DNA of 64,000 nt from Cycas panzhihuaensis (Eukaryota; Plantae; Cycadophyta), in NCBI GenBank assembly GCA_023213395.1, contig CM041465.1:204173741-204237740 (forward strand), in the 5' to 3' direction. Position 1 is the first letter of the stretch, and each line of letters begins with the position of its first letter. The notes beneath the pieces were generated by a model. The model made no database searches. It was given only the letters and a program-made list of their open reading frames with translations, and had not been told where the DNA came from. The translations under genes and the position numbers were made by a program. Below are positions 63,801 to 64,000 of the stretch, piece by piece.

Positions 63801-64000
63801 AAATAGAATTTAAAGAAACTAAGTACATCAATGATGTACTTTATGTCCTCGCACTGAAAAATAACTTGCTATTAATTGGATAAATTATGGAATAAAAATA
63901 TAAAATTATCTTTGATGATAGGGGGTACATAATTAGGGATAAGTTAAAAAATGAAGTAATAATTACTAAGGGTTAAATGACAAGCAACAGGTTGTTCAAG
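60874..64000 (+). mobile_element. Copia-6: 5' part of a Copia-1-family element (LTR, long leader, gag, protease), running off the window
   Basis: 60874-61108 aligns to the Copia-1 LTR; decayed PBS TAGTATTAGAG 61111-61121; gag ATG 62588 (MTSSVNNVMVPNFNG). Confidence 0.87.

Overview
AT-rich, gene-free stretch of a large land-plant genome (gymnosperm-like; inferred from the retroelement families and composition). It is made almost entirely of old, nested, stop-riddled retroelements. Boundaries come from LTR pairs, tRNA-Met PBS, PPT and target-site duplications. Copia-1 (2217-19922, -) hosts Copia-2 (5414-11505, +) and a 5'-truncated L1 LINE (12147-16676, -). The rest are Tork-like Copia-3 (22128-27158, +); internally deleted Copia-4 (28223-34681, -), which hosts a truncated chromovirus, Gypsy-1 (30107-33880, -); full-length chromovirus Gypsy-2 (39949-46569, -); a non-autonomous LTR element (47752-50232, +); a second RNase H-bearing L1 (51700-57165, +); a Copia-5 fragment (58154-60710, -); and Copia-6 (60874 to the window end, +). 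No intact host gene was found. The most notable observation is a ~390-nt module with several hairpins and a predicted pseudoknot. It is shared, in sense orientation, by the 5' leaders of a Ty1/Copia and a Ty3/Gypsy element. It ends 8 nt before the gag ATG in the Copia and 8 nt before an ATA at the equivalent position in the Gypsy, making it a candidate IRES-like RNA exchanged between superfamilies. Other findings: template-switch rearrangements and microsatellite expansion at the TA tract of two 5' LTRs, a Q/G/Y-rich prion-like segment in one Copia family's Gag, and a strong CpA/TpG->TpA mutational signature. All alignments and structures were made by eye.
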